A stretch of 64,000 bases of DNA from Phoronis australis (GCA_002633005.1 NMRA01000552.1:102283-166282), one strand, 5' to 3'. Numbered from the stretch's first letter, positions 1 through 21,703 are shown. The notes: a model not told the origin generated them from the sequence alone. Made by a program: numbers and translations.

Positions 1-3
1 CAG

Positions 4-7715
<7,712 letters not shown>

Positions 7716-8343
7716 AGTAACCGTTGCCCTTTGTCTGTAGGAACTGTAGATTGACATTCTCCAATATTAATTTGACAGAGAAATGGAAAAGCTAATGCTT
7801 ATGGTGGTAAAAAGTAAATCAATTGCTTTTGTGAATGTTGAGGCTACTATTGTTATAAAGCTTGACATTACAGACAAACATGGCATGAAATCCAGCAAAA
7901 TCATAAAAAAGCCCTTCATCCCGTTTGAGCTCATTCATTATCTGTTTGCGTGTGTGGAACGGACCGCGATGGTGCCGCTGGGCCTCTGGTTTGACAGAAA
8001 TAGAGAATCATACGTGAGTCTCAGGTTGATGAAGTGGGCAAAATCTGAAAATTTCTTCAAAATAGCGAGACTTGCCGAGGGATTTTGACTAAATTTCCAA
8101 GAGATTTTGCTTATGTCATGAATCTGAGACTAGTGTAGGATTTGTTTTCTCATATGAACCGTAAAAACTCGACCTGTCTAAAATTTTCAACCTCAGGACG
8201 CAACTTTTTAAAAACGCGCAATGTAGAGTAATTGAGTTGCTTTTGGTTAATAGTTTTATTTTAAGCTTTACAATTGTAAATTGCATTCAGATTTCGTAGC
8301 ACATATTCAAGTTATTCTAACAAATAGTCTTTGAGGTTGTAAT

Positions 8344-8349
8344 AATAAA
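8344..8349 (+). terminator. Candidate polyadenylation signal of gene 1
   Basis: AATAAA about 630 nt downstream of the stop codon; not confirmed by transcript data. Confidence 0.4.
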
Positions 8350-9094
8350 ACTTAAAAAAATGTTTGGAAATAACACTCAACAAGGCTTCCCCGCGCGTGA
8401 GGTCTGAATTGACCCTGAGACAGCTGTCGAGGACTGAATTGACCCTGAGACAGCACAGCTAGACAGTCCCGCCGGGTTTCTTGGGTTTAGGGCTCGTCTC
8501 CGTTTCATTGAACATGGATATGGAATTGGCCAACGAAGATGGGTCCGTTTAAGAAGTTATTTGCATGTGCTTCCGACTGGGAGTACGTGCAGTTGCGACA
8601 CCCAATTTGTCAATCATAACCTTGTCACCTTCTCGGAATTCAGGCATTGCTTGGTTGGCGCGCGTTTGGTTGTTTTAGTGTTTTGCAGACGATAAAAAGT
8701 AATGCGTATGGATGTCCGCATTGCACTATTTTGTGATTCGCCCATGTAAGATAAAAAAATTACGTACTCGGTGTTATTAACCAGTCGTGTCGTGACACAT
8801 CCCAGGTCATGTGAGAACGTTTCTTTAATTGGCAGTAGAAGGATTATTTAACTTGCGTAATTTTCTTGCTTACTGTGTTTTTGCTCTTAGACTGATTGGT
8901 TGTGACAGAGTTGACTATTAGTGTAGAGTAATTTCTGCAAGTGACACCTTGTGGCACTACATTACCAGAACTTCTTGTTCATGGAAATAGTATATGGTTG
9001 CTGTATTTTGCAGTTGTAAAAGGTATTGTCCATAAAAGTGCTCATATGAATAGGTCTTTATAGCAATGTGGGAAGCTGCACAAGAGGTGCATAG

Positions 9095-10340
9095 GGGGTC
9101 ATCCCGATGTGTACCGGGTTCTACGTGTCCCGTTTTATGCATATCAGGGCATTGTGTGCCCCGGTGTGGTCGTTGTGATTGTTCCCCGAGTAGAGAATGC
9201 CCTAGTGCATGTATTCGAATCCTAGCATACTAACGCGTTATTCAGTGGATTACTTATACGCTTCATTCACGTACACACAAACTGGACAATTTCTCCAGGG
9301 GGACAATGGTTACTTTAATTTCGCGTTGTATATGTCCCTGGTCAGCGTTCAACCAGCCAAGAAAATCAACTTAAGATCGCCGTTTTTAACCCAGCCAAAG
9401 TCTAACAAACTGAAGACGCATTTCCGAGATTCCGTCGCATTTAATAATTCCAGGGGACATGCTTCGTCTGGCAACGACCAGTGTCCGATGAGGGTGCATA
9501 AAAACAACACGTTTCTTTATTATCGATTTTTGTCAATCTGGAGTAGGCCTACGTTATTCTCAGAGTCATGTATTTCGCCCTCTAAAAGTCGCATCTTGGC
9601 CGGATCTTTAATAAATTTACAAATAACATGCATCTTCTTTATATCTATATTCTACTGCTTTTCTTCCAGATCGGATTCACAAGTGTACAGTTTCGCACAC
9701 AGAACATTTTTAATTATTTCATTATGTGAATTTTTAGTCTTTAATCAGTTTTGAAAGGGCAACTAAAAATATGACCTTGTAAGTGTCAAAAATTAAATGG
9801 GCCACCTGTTAGTTCACTCAAAGACAACGCAAAAGTCCCTAACAAGTGATTATATTCGCCAGCACAATAAACGTGAGCAGCTCACCAACATGGACGCTCT
9901 GGAACGCTCCTCCAGCCAGTGGGGAGAGGTGAAACACCAGAGACGCCTGGCGGCTAATACAAAGCTTAACACCAACACCACCTAGGGAACATAAGAATGG
10001 ACCCAAAGATCCTGAGATTCTACGAACTGGTTTCAGAGATATGCCTGTGTGTAATTTATGCTATTAGGCCAAATTTTGACCTAATTATGCATGAGGTATT
10101 TTTGCCCTATATCAGGATCGAAAAAGCACCTCAAAATTGCCAAGTGGACCGAAAATGGCGATTGAAGCTAAAACTTGCATACTCGTCCGCTTAGCGCTTG
10201 CACTAAAACGCAAAAGACCGGGACATGTAGAACCCGGGACACATGGAACCCGAAATCCATAAAACGGGACACATATTACCCGGGGCTCCTAGAACCTGAG
10301 ACGCTAAGAACTCGGGACGACGCATAGTTCCCGGGACGCA
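9095..10340. mobile_element. Element with inverted arrays of subterminal repeats (ACCCGGGACACAT-like)
   Basis: GTACCGGGTTCTACGTGTCCCGTTTTATG near 9112 is mirrored by CATGTAGAACCCGGG / CATAAAACGGGACAC at 10224-10275. Boundaries are approximate. Confidence 0.55.
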
Positions 10341-11041
10341 ATGTTACGCTTCTGCTGCACAGCATTTACGAACTACCTGAATTGTGAGTGAGTCAGTTTT
10401 TGCATGTGAATTCATCCTGGCCAGAGTGGGTGTGTTTGGTACACTGCTCGGCAGCCTTGGTGCAAAGCTGTATATTAAATAGTCTTCGTACAGCTCTATT
10501 TGTCTGGCTAGTGCCACGGATGCACAATATAGTTCACTTAATTCCCTGGATGAAATAAATGCTACCTTGGGCATTGGCAGACACACGTGTGATCTAGTGA
10601 GGGAAACTATATTTGATGACACTGCAGGCACTGGGTGTCTGCCCTGAATGCATTTGGAACATCGTCACGTCTATCGGTTTCTTATGAAGAGAGCTTTCCA
10701 CGGTACACTTCTATTGAAACTGGGTCTAGGCTGGCAAATGGAGCTCCACATTTGTTCAGGACGTGAAAAAGATCTTGACGGAAAGTTTGCAGATGAACAA
10801 AGAACTGGTGTCAAGTGTACTAAAGAAATCAGGTTTGCTAAGCTGAGCTTCGTACGGTTACCAGCTAGTGTAAGGGTATCAGCTTTAGCCATTTTTTGTT
10901 TATCGCATTTCATTCTTTGTCGAACGTCCATTTTTATAGTTATTTCACTGCACACAAATGTCATGGTGGTAAGACCACGAAGTACATACACGCAATGTGT
11001 CTTTATTACCATATCTCAAATTCACAAATACAGACCTATTT

Positions 11042-11306
11042 CATGCGCGCACCCAGGGGGGCTTGGGGGGCTCGCTCGAACGAGCCCCCCATTTGGCCGG
11101 GAGTGGATAAAAAGGTCCACCTAAGAGAAACAAAAAGTCCTAACAAATTAGACAAAAAGTCCACTAAAAAGGCTCAAACGCACGATTCACAGCTCTGGAC
11201 GCGGTACCCCGTTTTTTATTTTAGTCCTTCGGCTTTTTGGTGTGTAAAAGGTCCACATCGTCGGAAATTCGAGCCCCCCACATATTAAAGGCTGGGTGCG
11301 CGCATG
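11042..11306. mobile_element. MITE with perfect 15-bp TIRs
   Basis: CATGCGCGCACCCAG / CTGGGTGCGCGCATG; flanks TATTT / TGTTT (5-bp TSD with one mismatch). Confidence 0.8.
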
Positions 11307-11379
11307 TGTTTATGAATGTATGTTTCACGAGTTTAGCTGTAGTGAACAAAGTCCTCAATCAAATGAGCTTGGTGCTATT

Positions 11380-11640
11380 CCCATCATAGTAGAGCATGGG
11401 TGTCGGTTTATTGTCCGAACATAACGTGGCAAAGAGAATCGCATTAGCCTTGGAATGCAGAATACAACAGCTTCTGCGGAACACATGTCTCACACTGTGT
11501 TGTCTTCCAGCAAATGAAGTCTAACAACACACCTCTTGCAGCGTATCCAGTGCATGACCCTGTATTGCACGCACATATTCAAACGATGTTCCTCGATTGG
11601 GTTCATGAAGGATTAGTGTTCGTAGGCAGTAATTTTCTCA
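11380..11640 (-). mobile_element. Helitron Rep/helicase coding remnant (pseudogenised)
   Basis: Minus-strand translation across stops and frameshifts gives ENYCLRTLILH..RGTSFEYVRAIQG...TLQEVC..LHLLEDN..*...AEA....P..MR.LFA, matching the Helitron motif YLRxLL..GPTSFE.LRTV.G..T..EAC..LL.DD..W..EA..LR.LFA. Confidence 0.7.
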
Positions 11641-12217
11641 GACGTTCACCCAATAAAATTCTTTGCTCCCTCTTTTACATTTATGAAGATGACGTTTTCA
11701 ACCAATAATCGAGATTTTTAAATAATTATTTACAAAAGGGCATTTCCAATATTGAGTTGTTTGTAGTAACCGGTACCTGTAAACCAGAAAAGAAAAACAA
11801 AGATCGAATGTACTTGGGAGCCATTTTGATACATCACGACCAGTTTTAAGATGTCGCTTCAACAGGGTACAGCTCAGTAACTGATGCTAGAACATCACAA
11901 AAGAATTAGCCCAAATCACGCGTTCTCATTTAAAATATATGGCAACATCTCACGTAATCTTGCGAAGTCTTGCTTTTCAGCGAAGTCCTAGCGTTACTGA
12001 ACTCAGGGCAGGTTTGTCGGTGCTTCCATCAATTTTTTAGTAACCTGCAACATACGGAATGCCTGCCAGGTAGAGTCCAGTTTGGTCTTTCTGACAGGTT
12101 TGGATTTTTACTGACTATTAAGTGGAATGATACACACAATAACAGGGAATTGTCAAACATGAATGCAATTCTAAACGTGATCAATTTTAATTGACATCTT
12201 GGTTTTAACTATTAACA

Positions 12218-12363
12218 CATGGGTGGCGCAGCACTGAAAAACGTGGGGAGCTAAAGCCCCTTCAGCCCCCCGGTGGTGCACCGGCTTAGACCATGTGCGG
12301 CGTAGCACTGAAAAAAGTGAGGGTTACAGCCTCCCCCCCAGCCCCTATGGTGCGCCGGCCATG
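12218..12363. mobile_element. Short MITE with CATGG termini and 5-bp TSD
   Basis: CATGGGTGGCGCA / TGCGCCGGCCATG; TAACA on both sides; internal two-unit duplication. Confidence 0.75.
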
Positions 12364-12885
12364 TAACAGAAAGTGCCCAGCGGGATCATGTCATTATGTA
12401 TCAGTCCAATGTGGCAAAGGTTGACCCAGATAAATACAGCTAACACCTGACATCAATGATGCGGGGCACTCCGAACACTTGTTTACAACATAGACCGTCT
12501 TTGTTTACACCTGAATGTGAACACAAAATGTACGAATGTGGTGATTGTCTACTGTTTATGACCATAATATTCAACAGCCGGATTGATTCCACACTAAGAC
12601 TTAAGGCCGATACGAATGATTAAAACTAGAAACGCGAAACTTTTGAACACTGACTCTGACGGGCTAGTAGTTGTAAGCCTACGCCGGAGACCCCAAAGGA
12701 AATCCCCGATATGATTGTATTGGCCTCGATTCGTTTTTTACAAAGCATGGACAAAAAGTGAATTTGTATATATTTCTGGCACTGCACTTGAGACTGTAAT
12801 AAAGGATAAGATCTTGGCCACTTAAAGTACTTTAACGAGAAGAATAAGCCAGGAACTCTCACCTCGTCATTTATCGTGGAGTCTT

Positions 12886-13134
12886 GGGACCCGTTCCAAG
12901 AAACGGGCTTAAGTTCATTTTTGACTTAAGTCTAAGATTTGTCTTAACTTCCATATTTTGAAACTTCCACATCAGGTATGATAGTTGAAATTAAGACAAA
13001 ACTTTTATCAAAAAATTAATTCAAACTTAAGATCTCTTTCTTCAAACGGTCTCCAGACAAATTTAAGTTTTATCTTAAAATTTACAAAAAATTAAGATTT
13101 GTCTTAGCTAAGTCAGTTCTGTTGGAACAAGCCC
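12886..13134. mobile_element. Harbinger-like MITE, copy 1
   Basis: TIRs GGACCCGTTCCAAGAA / TTGGAACAAGCCC; related inverted copy at 37359-37594. Confidence 0.65.
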
Positions 13135-14283
13135 CAGTTCTCTCTACGTCTCTATGAAGAACACGATAGCAGCACACAGCGGCGGCGAACGATTACGCAT
13201 AAAATACCGAGGCTGCACATTGTCTTTACTCGAATTTCAGAAAAGTATTCAACGTTGACGTAGTTTCTCGCAGCCGAATATTGAGCACGCGACCTAGTTG
13301 GCTTCTTTTCTCTCATGACTGTGTCCTCTAAATCTGGCTGCGGGATGGAGACGCGCAAACGGTGGAGGGAGAATTTTTTGTTAACACTCAGTCCGCTCTT
13401 GCAGTACCCTTTTCTGTGAATTGATTGTCGAGGCTTAAAGATCCACAATTCTTTTTTGATGTTGTATGTTCGTACATTTTGATTTGTTCAGTACTTTATG
13501 GGTTGATTCTATTTTGAAAAGAAGGACAAATAGCCAAAATATTTGTACTTTCAATCGTTGTTACCGGAAGGGTTAATGTTTGCAGAAGCACCTTTTTCGC
13601 TCAAACCCAGTGGGGGAAGCTTCATATACCAACAAAATACGCATCAGATACTTGACAGACAGTACGATGTAGTTTTAAAATGCCAGTTCAGGCGCGGGTA
13701 CAGTCAGAGCAGAATATTACCCAGAGTTTTGCTCGCCAGACATCGCACCCGTTTACTGCCAAATGGAATATGGAAGAATTTGAGGAGGGCTATGGCTCCC
13801 TTGCCCCCCATACATCTGCCACTGTAGTTACACATATTTGAGAAATACTAAGGTCCATGGTATTGATAATAACATCCTTCGGCACTATTACATATTACAA
13901 GTTGTCACCATAACATCTCAATGTATCACCAATCTTTGTAGCAATGATTACCGTTCAGTAAAGAATGTCCTACCTGCAAATGTGTGAAGTTAGGCATAAG
14001 GACCATCACCTGGATGCTCATATTCAAATGAATGGTCTAAATGGGACGTTTTATACAAGAGGACGATTTTTTATTTTCACGCCAGTTATATGAGAATTAT
14101 CGAACAAAGGCAGATGTTTGGGTGCACACTACAAAATACATATAAATGGCAATTATCGGCTTATGCAGTCACGATTCTTTCCGTGTGGCCGTTCAAACAG
14201 ATATTACCAACATTAGGCTAAAACTGACAGCAGAACTCTTAGATTAGCTTCTAATTGTCAAAAATAATCTACGAACCAACCAT

Positions 14284-14493
14284 ACCCAACAGTCAACATG
14301 ATTCAGCTTAACAAAGTGATACTTAATTGTTTATTGTCGCTTTTAATAATAGACTAGGAGCTGAGACCACCATCGTTCGTCAGTTTTTCTCGTATCGAGA
14401 CAGTACATATGTTTATTTCCGGACGTAACAGTACAAGTTTCGTTCTTAAACAACTATAGGCTGTTGTCACACGATCATCTAATATTCAAGTGT
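14284..14493. repeat. Near-identical copy of the 15918-16132 MITE, truncated at an N (14494)
   Basis: About 210 nt identical apart from one visible mismatch. Confidence 0.85.
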
Positions 14494-15917
14494 NCAAGGA
14501 ATGACCCCGTGGGCACTCACATTGACAAGATGACCGCATTCGCGAACAGTGTACAGTACCAGAAATTACAGGTAGGTTGTACTTTCACAGCAAAGTCTCG
14601 CGAAACTCGCGCGATGTTTAATAGGCCTCCTAAGGAGCCCTGTTTCCGACCTCAACACCTACCGTATTCTTACCTGCAATAATCACCACTCCCGTCTTCT
14701 ATACTGAGAATTTCCGCAGAAACGCCCACCCGATGAAAAGTCCATGCCTGTGGGCGTTTATTTGGTGTTACAACTTCTGGTTCTGTGTTCAGACATTGGG
14801 ACGGTTATTCCGAAAGTTGCAAGAAATGCAAATAGGTCCTGGGATACATCGTCAAGGCTTGAAGTAGTCCCTGATGAACGAAACAAATTTAGTTGCGCAT
14901 GTAGCTCTTTTGAATGGACTTGGCAACCTCAGAGAGCTTAGTGACAAGCTGCTGACATTGTAGTCTTACAAGATCATTGACACAGCAGTTGACGAAGTGG
15001 AAGCGTTGGGAACAAACATCGAATATTTCTGGGTAGAATTGTTCCAAGACGAGGAAACCGTTGGATCTGATATACAGATTCCTCGCCGAGGAATCCTCTG
15101 CAGTCTAGACAACAGAAGCGTAGGACTAACGTTCCAGCAGAAACACACTAGGTAATTATAATTATACACAGTCTGTCCATAATGTCAGATTTCTTTAAGG
15201 CTTTTGTACAATAAAAGCGAAATAGAAATTATTTTTGGACATGTCAGATTTACTCAGTACAGCACAGGATGTACGAGAACACAGGAACTGATTCTGGTTT
15301 GTATTTACACTTGAGTCTATCTGCTTCATATCCAAAATCTTATTTCACGTAGTGTGTAGTTAAATTTGTACTCAATACTTGTTTCTTCCAGTGAGTACTA
15401 CAGAAGACCGGTGCGAATACTGTTCCTAGACAACCTCTCGCAGCAGTTGACTGCCAGATGTGTAAAATACACGTATGAGCAACCACTGGGGATTAAAAAG
15501 TGTCTAGAGAGAAGTTTTTGCTTAGTGCGCTTTAGGTCTCGCGACGGACCAGGCCCATCTTGATTTGTGTGGATATTGACTTTCAATGTACTTGTGGTCC
15601 CTCGACGAACTAATTTTGTAATGTTTTTTTTTTACCACAGTGTGCTTTGTAAAACTATTGATCTCAGTCAGGACTGTTTGGCCCCGCGACAGATCGACTA
15701 CTTTGACAGGGATAATAAGCACAGATGTTCTTTTGGTCTCGTGACGGACCAGGCCAGCCTATTTGTGTACTCTCAGTGTACATCTGGTCCTTTCTGCGAA
15801 CTGGTCCTGTATATCTTTTCACCACGGTGTACAGGATGTTTTGGTTTCGTGAAAATGTTTTCAGATGATTTGTTTCCTGATACATTTGACGTTTTTCAAT
15901 TGTTATGACATACAGTA

Positions 15918-16132
15918 ACCCAACAGTCAACATGATTCAGCTTAACAAAGTGATACTTAATTGTTTATTGTCGCTTTTAATAATAGACTAGGAGCTGAGA
16001 CCACCATCGTTCGTCAGTTTTTCTCGTATCGAGACAGTACATATGTTTATTTCCGGACGTAACAGTACAAGTTTCGTTCTTAAACAACTATAGGCTGTTG
16101 TCACACGATCACCTAATATTCAAGTGTTGGGT
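15918..16132. mobile_element. MITE-like unit with ACCCAACA / TGTTGGGT termini
   Basis: 8-bp perfect inverted ends; a second copy lies at 14284. Confidence 0.65.
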
Positions 16133-17119
16133 TTTTACGCCCCGTCGGTGCTCCTTATGCTCTTGAATATTTGGTAGTTGTCTAAGCCCCTGTACACACA
16201 ACACACTCTTTCGGAAATGACTTTTCGTATGCTTAAAATGGTGTATGTAGACAAAAGTTCCAACAAAAATTTTTGCTGGAAGTTTGAGTTATAGCCAGAT
16301 GTGCACAAATATGGTTTCACGAAACTTATGAGCCGAGTTCTTGTGACGAAATCGAGAAGGGCTTTAAATTATCTTAAGAAAAACTCCAGCGACATGTTAA
16401 TTGCTAGAAACTCACCAGCATGCGTGGAAATTTCAATATTTGGGTACAAAAACAAAAATATTGTCTTACACAGGAGGGGGTTTCCCCCTCCCTACCCCCT
16501 CCCCGCTCGGCGCTACGCGCCTCGGATTCGACCTTTGCGGGAATCCTAAGCCCCCCTTACTGAAAACGTAGATCCGCCACTGGGGGGATCATGGGAGGTT
16601 GGGCATTGGTATAAATGGATATTTTTGCTCATTCCAGAGTACCTATGTAGCGGTTCACGAGTTAAATTTGGACTCCAAAAAACTCTGCAATCTTTGTTTA
16701 TGATTGCAAGTATCCCCCATTCGACATACGTGTGTGGTCATCACAAATCGTAGCCCCGACAGTCTTTTCGACATGTGCGAAACAACTCCTAGTAACGATC
16801 TTCAATCAAAAGAAATACTATACACCGATCCCTTCGTGTGCCGTGCGTGGAATAGATTCGTATCCTCGCACGACAAGAACTGTTGACAAAATTACTGATC
16901 AACAAGATCTGTTCTAGACTAGGTGCAAAGCTGTATACAAAATCTACAGCTCTGCGCCCATGTGGGTAAAAATGAATAAAGAAAATCTGACACAAAAGTA
17001 GTGTCATTAAAAGCTACACCTCTCCTCTTATTGGGGACAAATAAAACAACAACAATAATATATATTTTAGGTTATATTGGGAATTTCATGGTCACAGCTC
17101 TACAAATGAATATTTCACA

Positions 17120-17390
17120 GACGGAACCAGATGGGTTCCTTAATTACAAGAAATAACACACACATTTACGATACCCAATGTGTAATTGAGTATCGGATAC
17201 TAAGTGGCACAGGTTAGCATAGTACCAAATGGGTACATAATGCCAAATGGGTATTGTCCGATTGCCTACCAAGTGGGTCGAGCAAAACGGCAAATTGAAT
17301 AACAAGTACCAAATGGGTACAAGTGCCAAATGGGCAAATATCATATAATAAAGTACCAAGTGGGTACATCAAACAGCCAACTGGGCAGGT
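17120..17390. repeat. Degenerate tandem array of GTACCAAATGGGTAC-like units (probable transposon subterminal repeats)
   Basis: At least six variants of (T)ACCAA(A/G)TGGG between 17222 and 17370. Confidence 0.7.
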
Positions 17391-20364
17391 TTCGGACAAG
17401 CTGAGTGAGCAGACCAGCCGGAGTAATAAAAAACATATTGTAAGTTTGGAAAAGAGTGACAGTTCATTCCATCGTCGTGTGGCCCTGCAGGAAGTGACCT
17501 TCCTAAACATGAAATCATATTGTACGATTTCACAAAAAAGGGAAATAGAGGTAATCGATTCCTTAGGATTTTGTGTATAAAAAACACGAAAAGGGTGACC
17601 ACTTTAATGTCGTTCAAGGGTTGGGACCCTAAACATGAAAATATCTTTATTTGGAAAGTTCAGGAAATGCGCAGCAATTGATATTATCTGTCAGGTCATC
17701 AATTTTTCTCAATTGATATACAATTTCGAGAAAAAAGAACGAAAAAATAGAGCAACAGCAATCTCCATTATCTATTGCCAGAGGGAGGACTCTGGAAAAA
17801 TATAGTTTTGCAATCGCAAAATTGTTTTGTGGAATTTAAAATTTTCTCGAAATACACATATGAATGATGATGTGCACGTTCTCAAGTGCGTTTACGTGTC
17901 CTGTATGTTGCAAAAACGGGGACCTGACCAAACAACAATATCCTGGCCAGGACCCTCAAGGGGTACACTGATACGGAGTTGTCAAAATGTTCTTTTCAAT
18001 TTTCTCTCTTATCCTTATTCGCAGTCTTTCTTTTATCGACTGTCCCCGACCCCATGCCTATGTCGGTTGCCACGGTTTAACCCTGACGGCTGCAAAATTT
18101 TAGGGGGCACGTGCCTCTCCCGCCCCCCCGCTTCCTAAGGCTCTGATTTACATGAGTTACATAATGTTTAAGTACATGTACCTGGGTACTAAATTTCATG
18201 ATTTTATCAATATGTGCACTTTTTAGAATTTGTTGCTATTAGACGCTATACCGCCTGAATTAAGTGAAACATTATGCGGGATGTTTGTGTTTTTGTGATG
18301 ACAAATAATGGAGCAGGTTTCAAAACTTGCGTTTATTTTTCGTCAAAGCAGAAATTTATTATTGAAATATTTTCAGTTGTGCTATATAAACGTTATTCTC
18401 ATTACATAACATTTAGTAGTTATAGTGTGCATATTGATTCGTTATGTAAACATACAGCCAGTGTGCATATTGATTCCAGAGAATTGTAAGTACGAACCCA
18501 GCGACAGTTTAGTTGGCCTAGTTTCACGCGAAAAAAACAGCATTTTGCAAAATCTTCACAAAATCCTGCGAGTGGTTTCGCGAGTATGATCGGGAGCTTA
18601 TTACCTCAGGAAAATGATAGCCACGACACTGATTAGTTGACGAGTTTTGAGTTTTGAATTGAGGGATTGAGTTCAGTGTTTCTGTTATACCAGTGATTTT
18701 TTTTCTTCTCAAGTCCACGGAATTCAATCTACCCATAGATATTGGGACATATATCTATGAATACAGGCTATTGGCTTATGGAGCATTTATTTGATGAAAG
18801 CATGTTTTATACTTTAAAACGTTTCTATTTTCAGATAAATCGTCAGTCAAATGGGAAGTTGGTAATTAGCATAAATCTTCAGAAGTTACAGTAGTCCTGT
18901 GAAATATAGTGTCATTCTCGGTCTCAAAAACTAATGTAAAACCAGGGCCCAGGTCCTAATTTTTTCTTTAAATTGAAGTCGAAAATGTTTTTGACATTTT
19001 GCATTCTACTTTAATACAATCTCAAGATACTTATCAGTTATTCTGAGTGTGCTCGCGTGTATTATGCTTCACGCACTTGAGATGTGTGGCTAACGCAAGT
19101 TCGCTCTAGATGACCCCAAGATTCAAGCTACAAACTCGAAATTTCGAGTAAAAGCTCGAGATTTCGAATTCATACTCAAACTTATAACTCTGTTGCTGGG
19201 GTCATGAAATGCACAATAGGATTACACAATCATCTATGGAAACCGTAAAATACCGAACCACAAAATTTTAGACATTTCGCATTCCCAGAACGGAAAACAC
19301 CAAAGATATTTTCTAGCTAAAGTTCAATTTCAAGATTAGACCCCAAGCCCTGAATTAAGTTCCCCAGACGTTAGAATCTCCCGAAAGCATATAAAATTGT
19401 GATCATATGCTTCTCGTGTAATACATGTTGATATCTCCCGAGCGCATGTGTGATCTTGCGTTTCTGCGATTGTTCATGTGTCCACGGAATGCAAGCCAGT
19501 GCGTACCCTAATAATAGGACATGTTATTGGTAATTTTGATACTATTATGGGCATCTAATCAGAACTAAAATGGCGTATTTTTATTCACGAGAAACCGTCA
19601 AAGTGCAATCAATACCTTGTGTTACCTTCTGATAGAGTCTAACGAAATTGATTCACCTTTGATATCGATACCAGTAGTTTGGACTGAAACACGAGCGTCG
19701 TAAGATTCAAACATTGAATATAAGGGTTATGTAGACCCACATACGTGATATCAGAAGGTATCTAGTACTTGTTGAAACGGTCGTCCCCTAAAGTTATTGC
19801 TAAAAACTTGCCACCTTGTTAATATTGAATGGGTTTGTCAACACTCATTATAACATGTAGAGTAGGTCTGAATTTGTATATTTCATATCATACACAGGCT
19901 TACACTAAAGTAGAATATTACAGTACAAATAAATAAACACGGGAAATGTGATGGATAAGGTGTAGAGTTTTAGTAGGCTAACTCTAATATAGAGTCAATC
20001 GCCATAGACAAAAAATGATCAGAGTGTGCGAAATCAGTAGTTACTTAGAACATACTTGAAAATTTTACGGAGATACACTTTTAACATATAAAACCTTCTG
20101 AGGAGGTATACTGAACACATACATCTAATCTTTTTCGTGTTTTAAGACTTGAATTAAGACAGTATTTTAATGAAGACGGGAGGTTGTAGGTTGCATGTTG
20201 ATATACATGAGAAGCGGCAAGGAGTCAAGAAAGGAACCTTGAGGCACCCCATGTAATCGTTATCTTGAAGTTCGTATGTGACCTTCCTCTCACCCTCTGT
20301 GTTGTCAAGAATAAACACCTCGATACTTCTAATTCACGTTGCGGACAATGGTTCTTGGTTTTAA

Positions 20365-21240
20365 TAATTCTTACATCTATTTCATGTGTTAGGTTTCAAA
20401 TATCAAGCTGGACCAAGTTGAATTTTAAAATTAAAACACCTAGTTCGTTCGTCCAAAGCATAACCTGAAGAAATAACCCATCTCGTTTAAAAGCTCCATT
20501 TCAGTTTAATGGACAGAGCAAGCACAGTTATCATGTTACTTCAGTGGCCTCGTTATCCGAGGGGAAAGGTGCCTGTGCCTTCTAAAAGGGGAATTTTTTC
20601 GCCGAGTGAGGGTGAAATTCTACCTTCCGATCACCATCAATAGCACCCCGCCCTGTTGCAAGCTCTCATAGGCTCTGTCTCAAGTAGAATTTTGTGTTCT
20701 TACAAATTGTCGCCTGTGTGGTTACAGGTGATTTGTACTTCGAGGGGAAATTTTTAATCACTTTAGGGGCCTCGTGGGGGGATTTCGAGTGATTTTCAAT
20801 ATTATTGAGAGAGTAATAGGGCCGATATTCGGCCCCAAAATCGATGGTTTGAGGGCCCTGTTCTTTTCGGAAAGAAATGCATGTTTCAACCCGTAGTCAT
20901 GAAAACAGTCTGGTTGGCTGAAGATTCACCTTTCGTTGCTGTAATGCTCGGCAACCGAGATGAGACAAAATGTACTCAAACGTTCGAAAAATTTTATCAA
21001 TTTTACCCGGAAGTATTTTCCTACCTCGCGGCGTATGGCAACGACTCAGCAGTTCCGAATCTCAACGTCTGTAAGGATTGTAAAAAGACAATTGAATGCC
21101 CTGTATTTTTTCTATTGCCGTTCGAGCAACGCGGAACACAGCTGTGCCTATTGGCCATTTAATGGAGCAGCAGTAGTGAGCCTCGTTTTGGAGCGCGCCT
21201 CGTGTCTCCAGGCGTATACGTTGTAGTCTGTGCTGTGGGA
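20365..21240 (+). repeat. Interspersed repeat (~0.87 kb), copy 1
   Basis: Colinear, diverged reverse-complement match to 33610-34495, e.g. TCCGAGGGGAAAGGT, GGCTCTGTCTCAAGTA, ATGCTCGGCAACCGAGATG. Confidence 0.85.
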
Positions 21241-21703
21241 ACATAGTGCAGTCAACCTTTCAACGGAAAGTAGCAAGGGTCTACATAGCGGATTAACTAG
21301 AATTTGTTTATGCAGTTTGACTTGCTGAACATGGAAAACCCTGAAATTAGGTGGTCTTTCTGTGGAAATTATTCATTTGAGGTGAGTTTACTCTCGTTCC
21401 GTTTCGTTTGTACAGCAAGGTTGGTTGAATTGTACAAAAAACGGATGTCAGGAAAGTCTTAATTTCGACGAACACTCCTAAGACTCGCAAGCAAGTGCGT
21501 GAAGATGCTATTAGAAAATCGTATACCGTCCTGCCAAGTTTTTGTTGATGGTGAGACCGATATTTTGCCAATCGACAAACCAATATGCCTTTAATTTCAT
21601 GAAAAAATACTTATTTTGAATAAGTGTTTGCGATTTTCTCTAGATAGGCTCGTGAGGATGTCGTGCGCTCTTCACATCAAAAACTTCTGGTCAACACATT
21701 TTC

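Noticed and set aside
7783-8088. 101-aa ORF just downstream of the gene 1 stop
   Set aside because: Falls in the presumed 3' UTR and repeat sequence, with no recognisable homology.
8399-8454. Two-unit 30-bp tandem repeat (GAGG.CTGAATTGACCCTGAGACAGC)
   Set aside because: Simple local duplication with no further structure.
9209-9754. Longest ORF-track entry (181 aa)
   Set aside because: Lies inside a repeat element, has no motifs, and its composition is typical of a chance ORF.
14284-16132. LTR pair of a small retroelement
   Set aside because: No TG...CA ends, PBS or PPT; the unit has its own inverted termini and abuts a gap.
15525-17390. CRISPR-like arrays
   Set aside because: Eukaryotic context, degenerate repeats with irregular spacing, and no cas genes.
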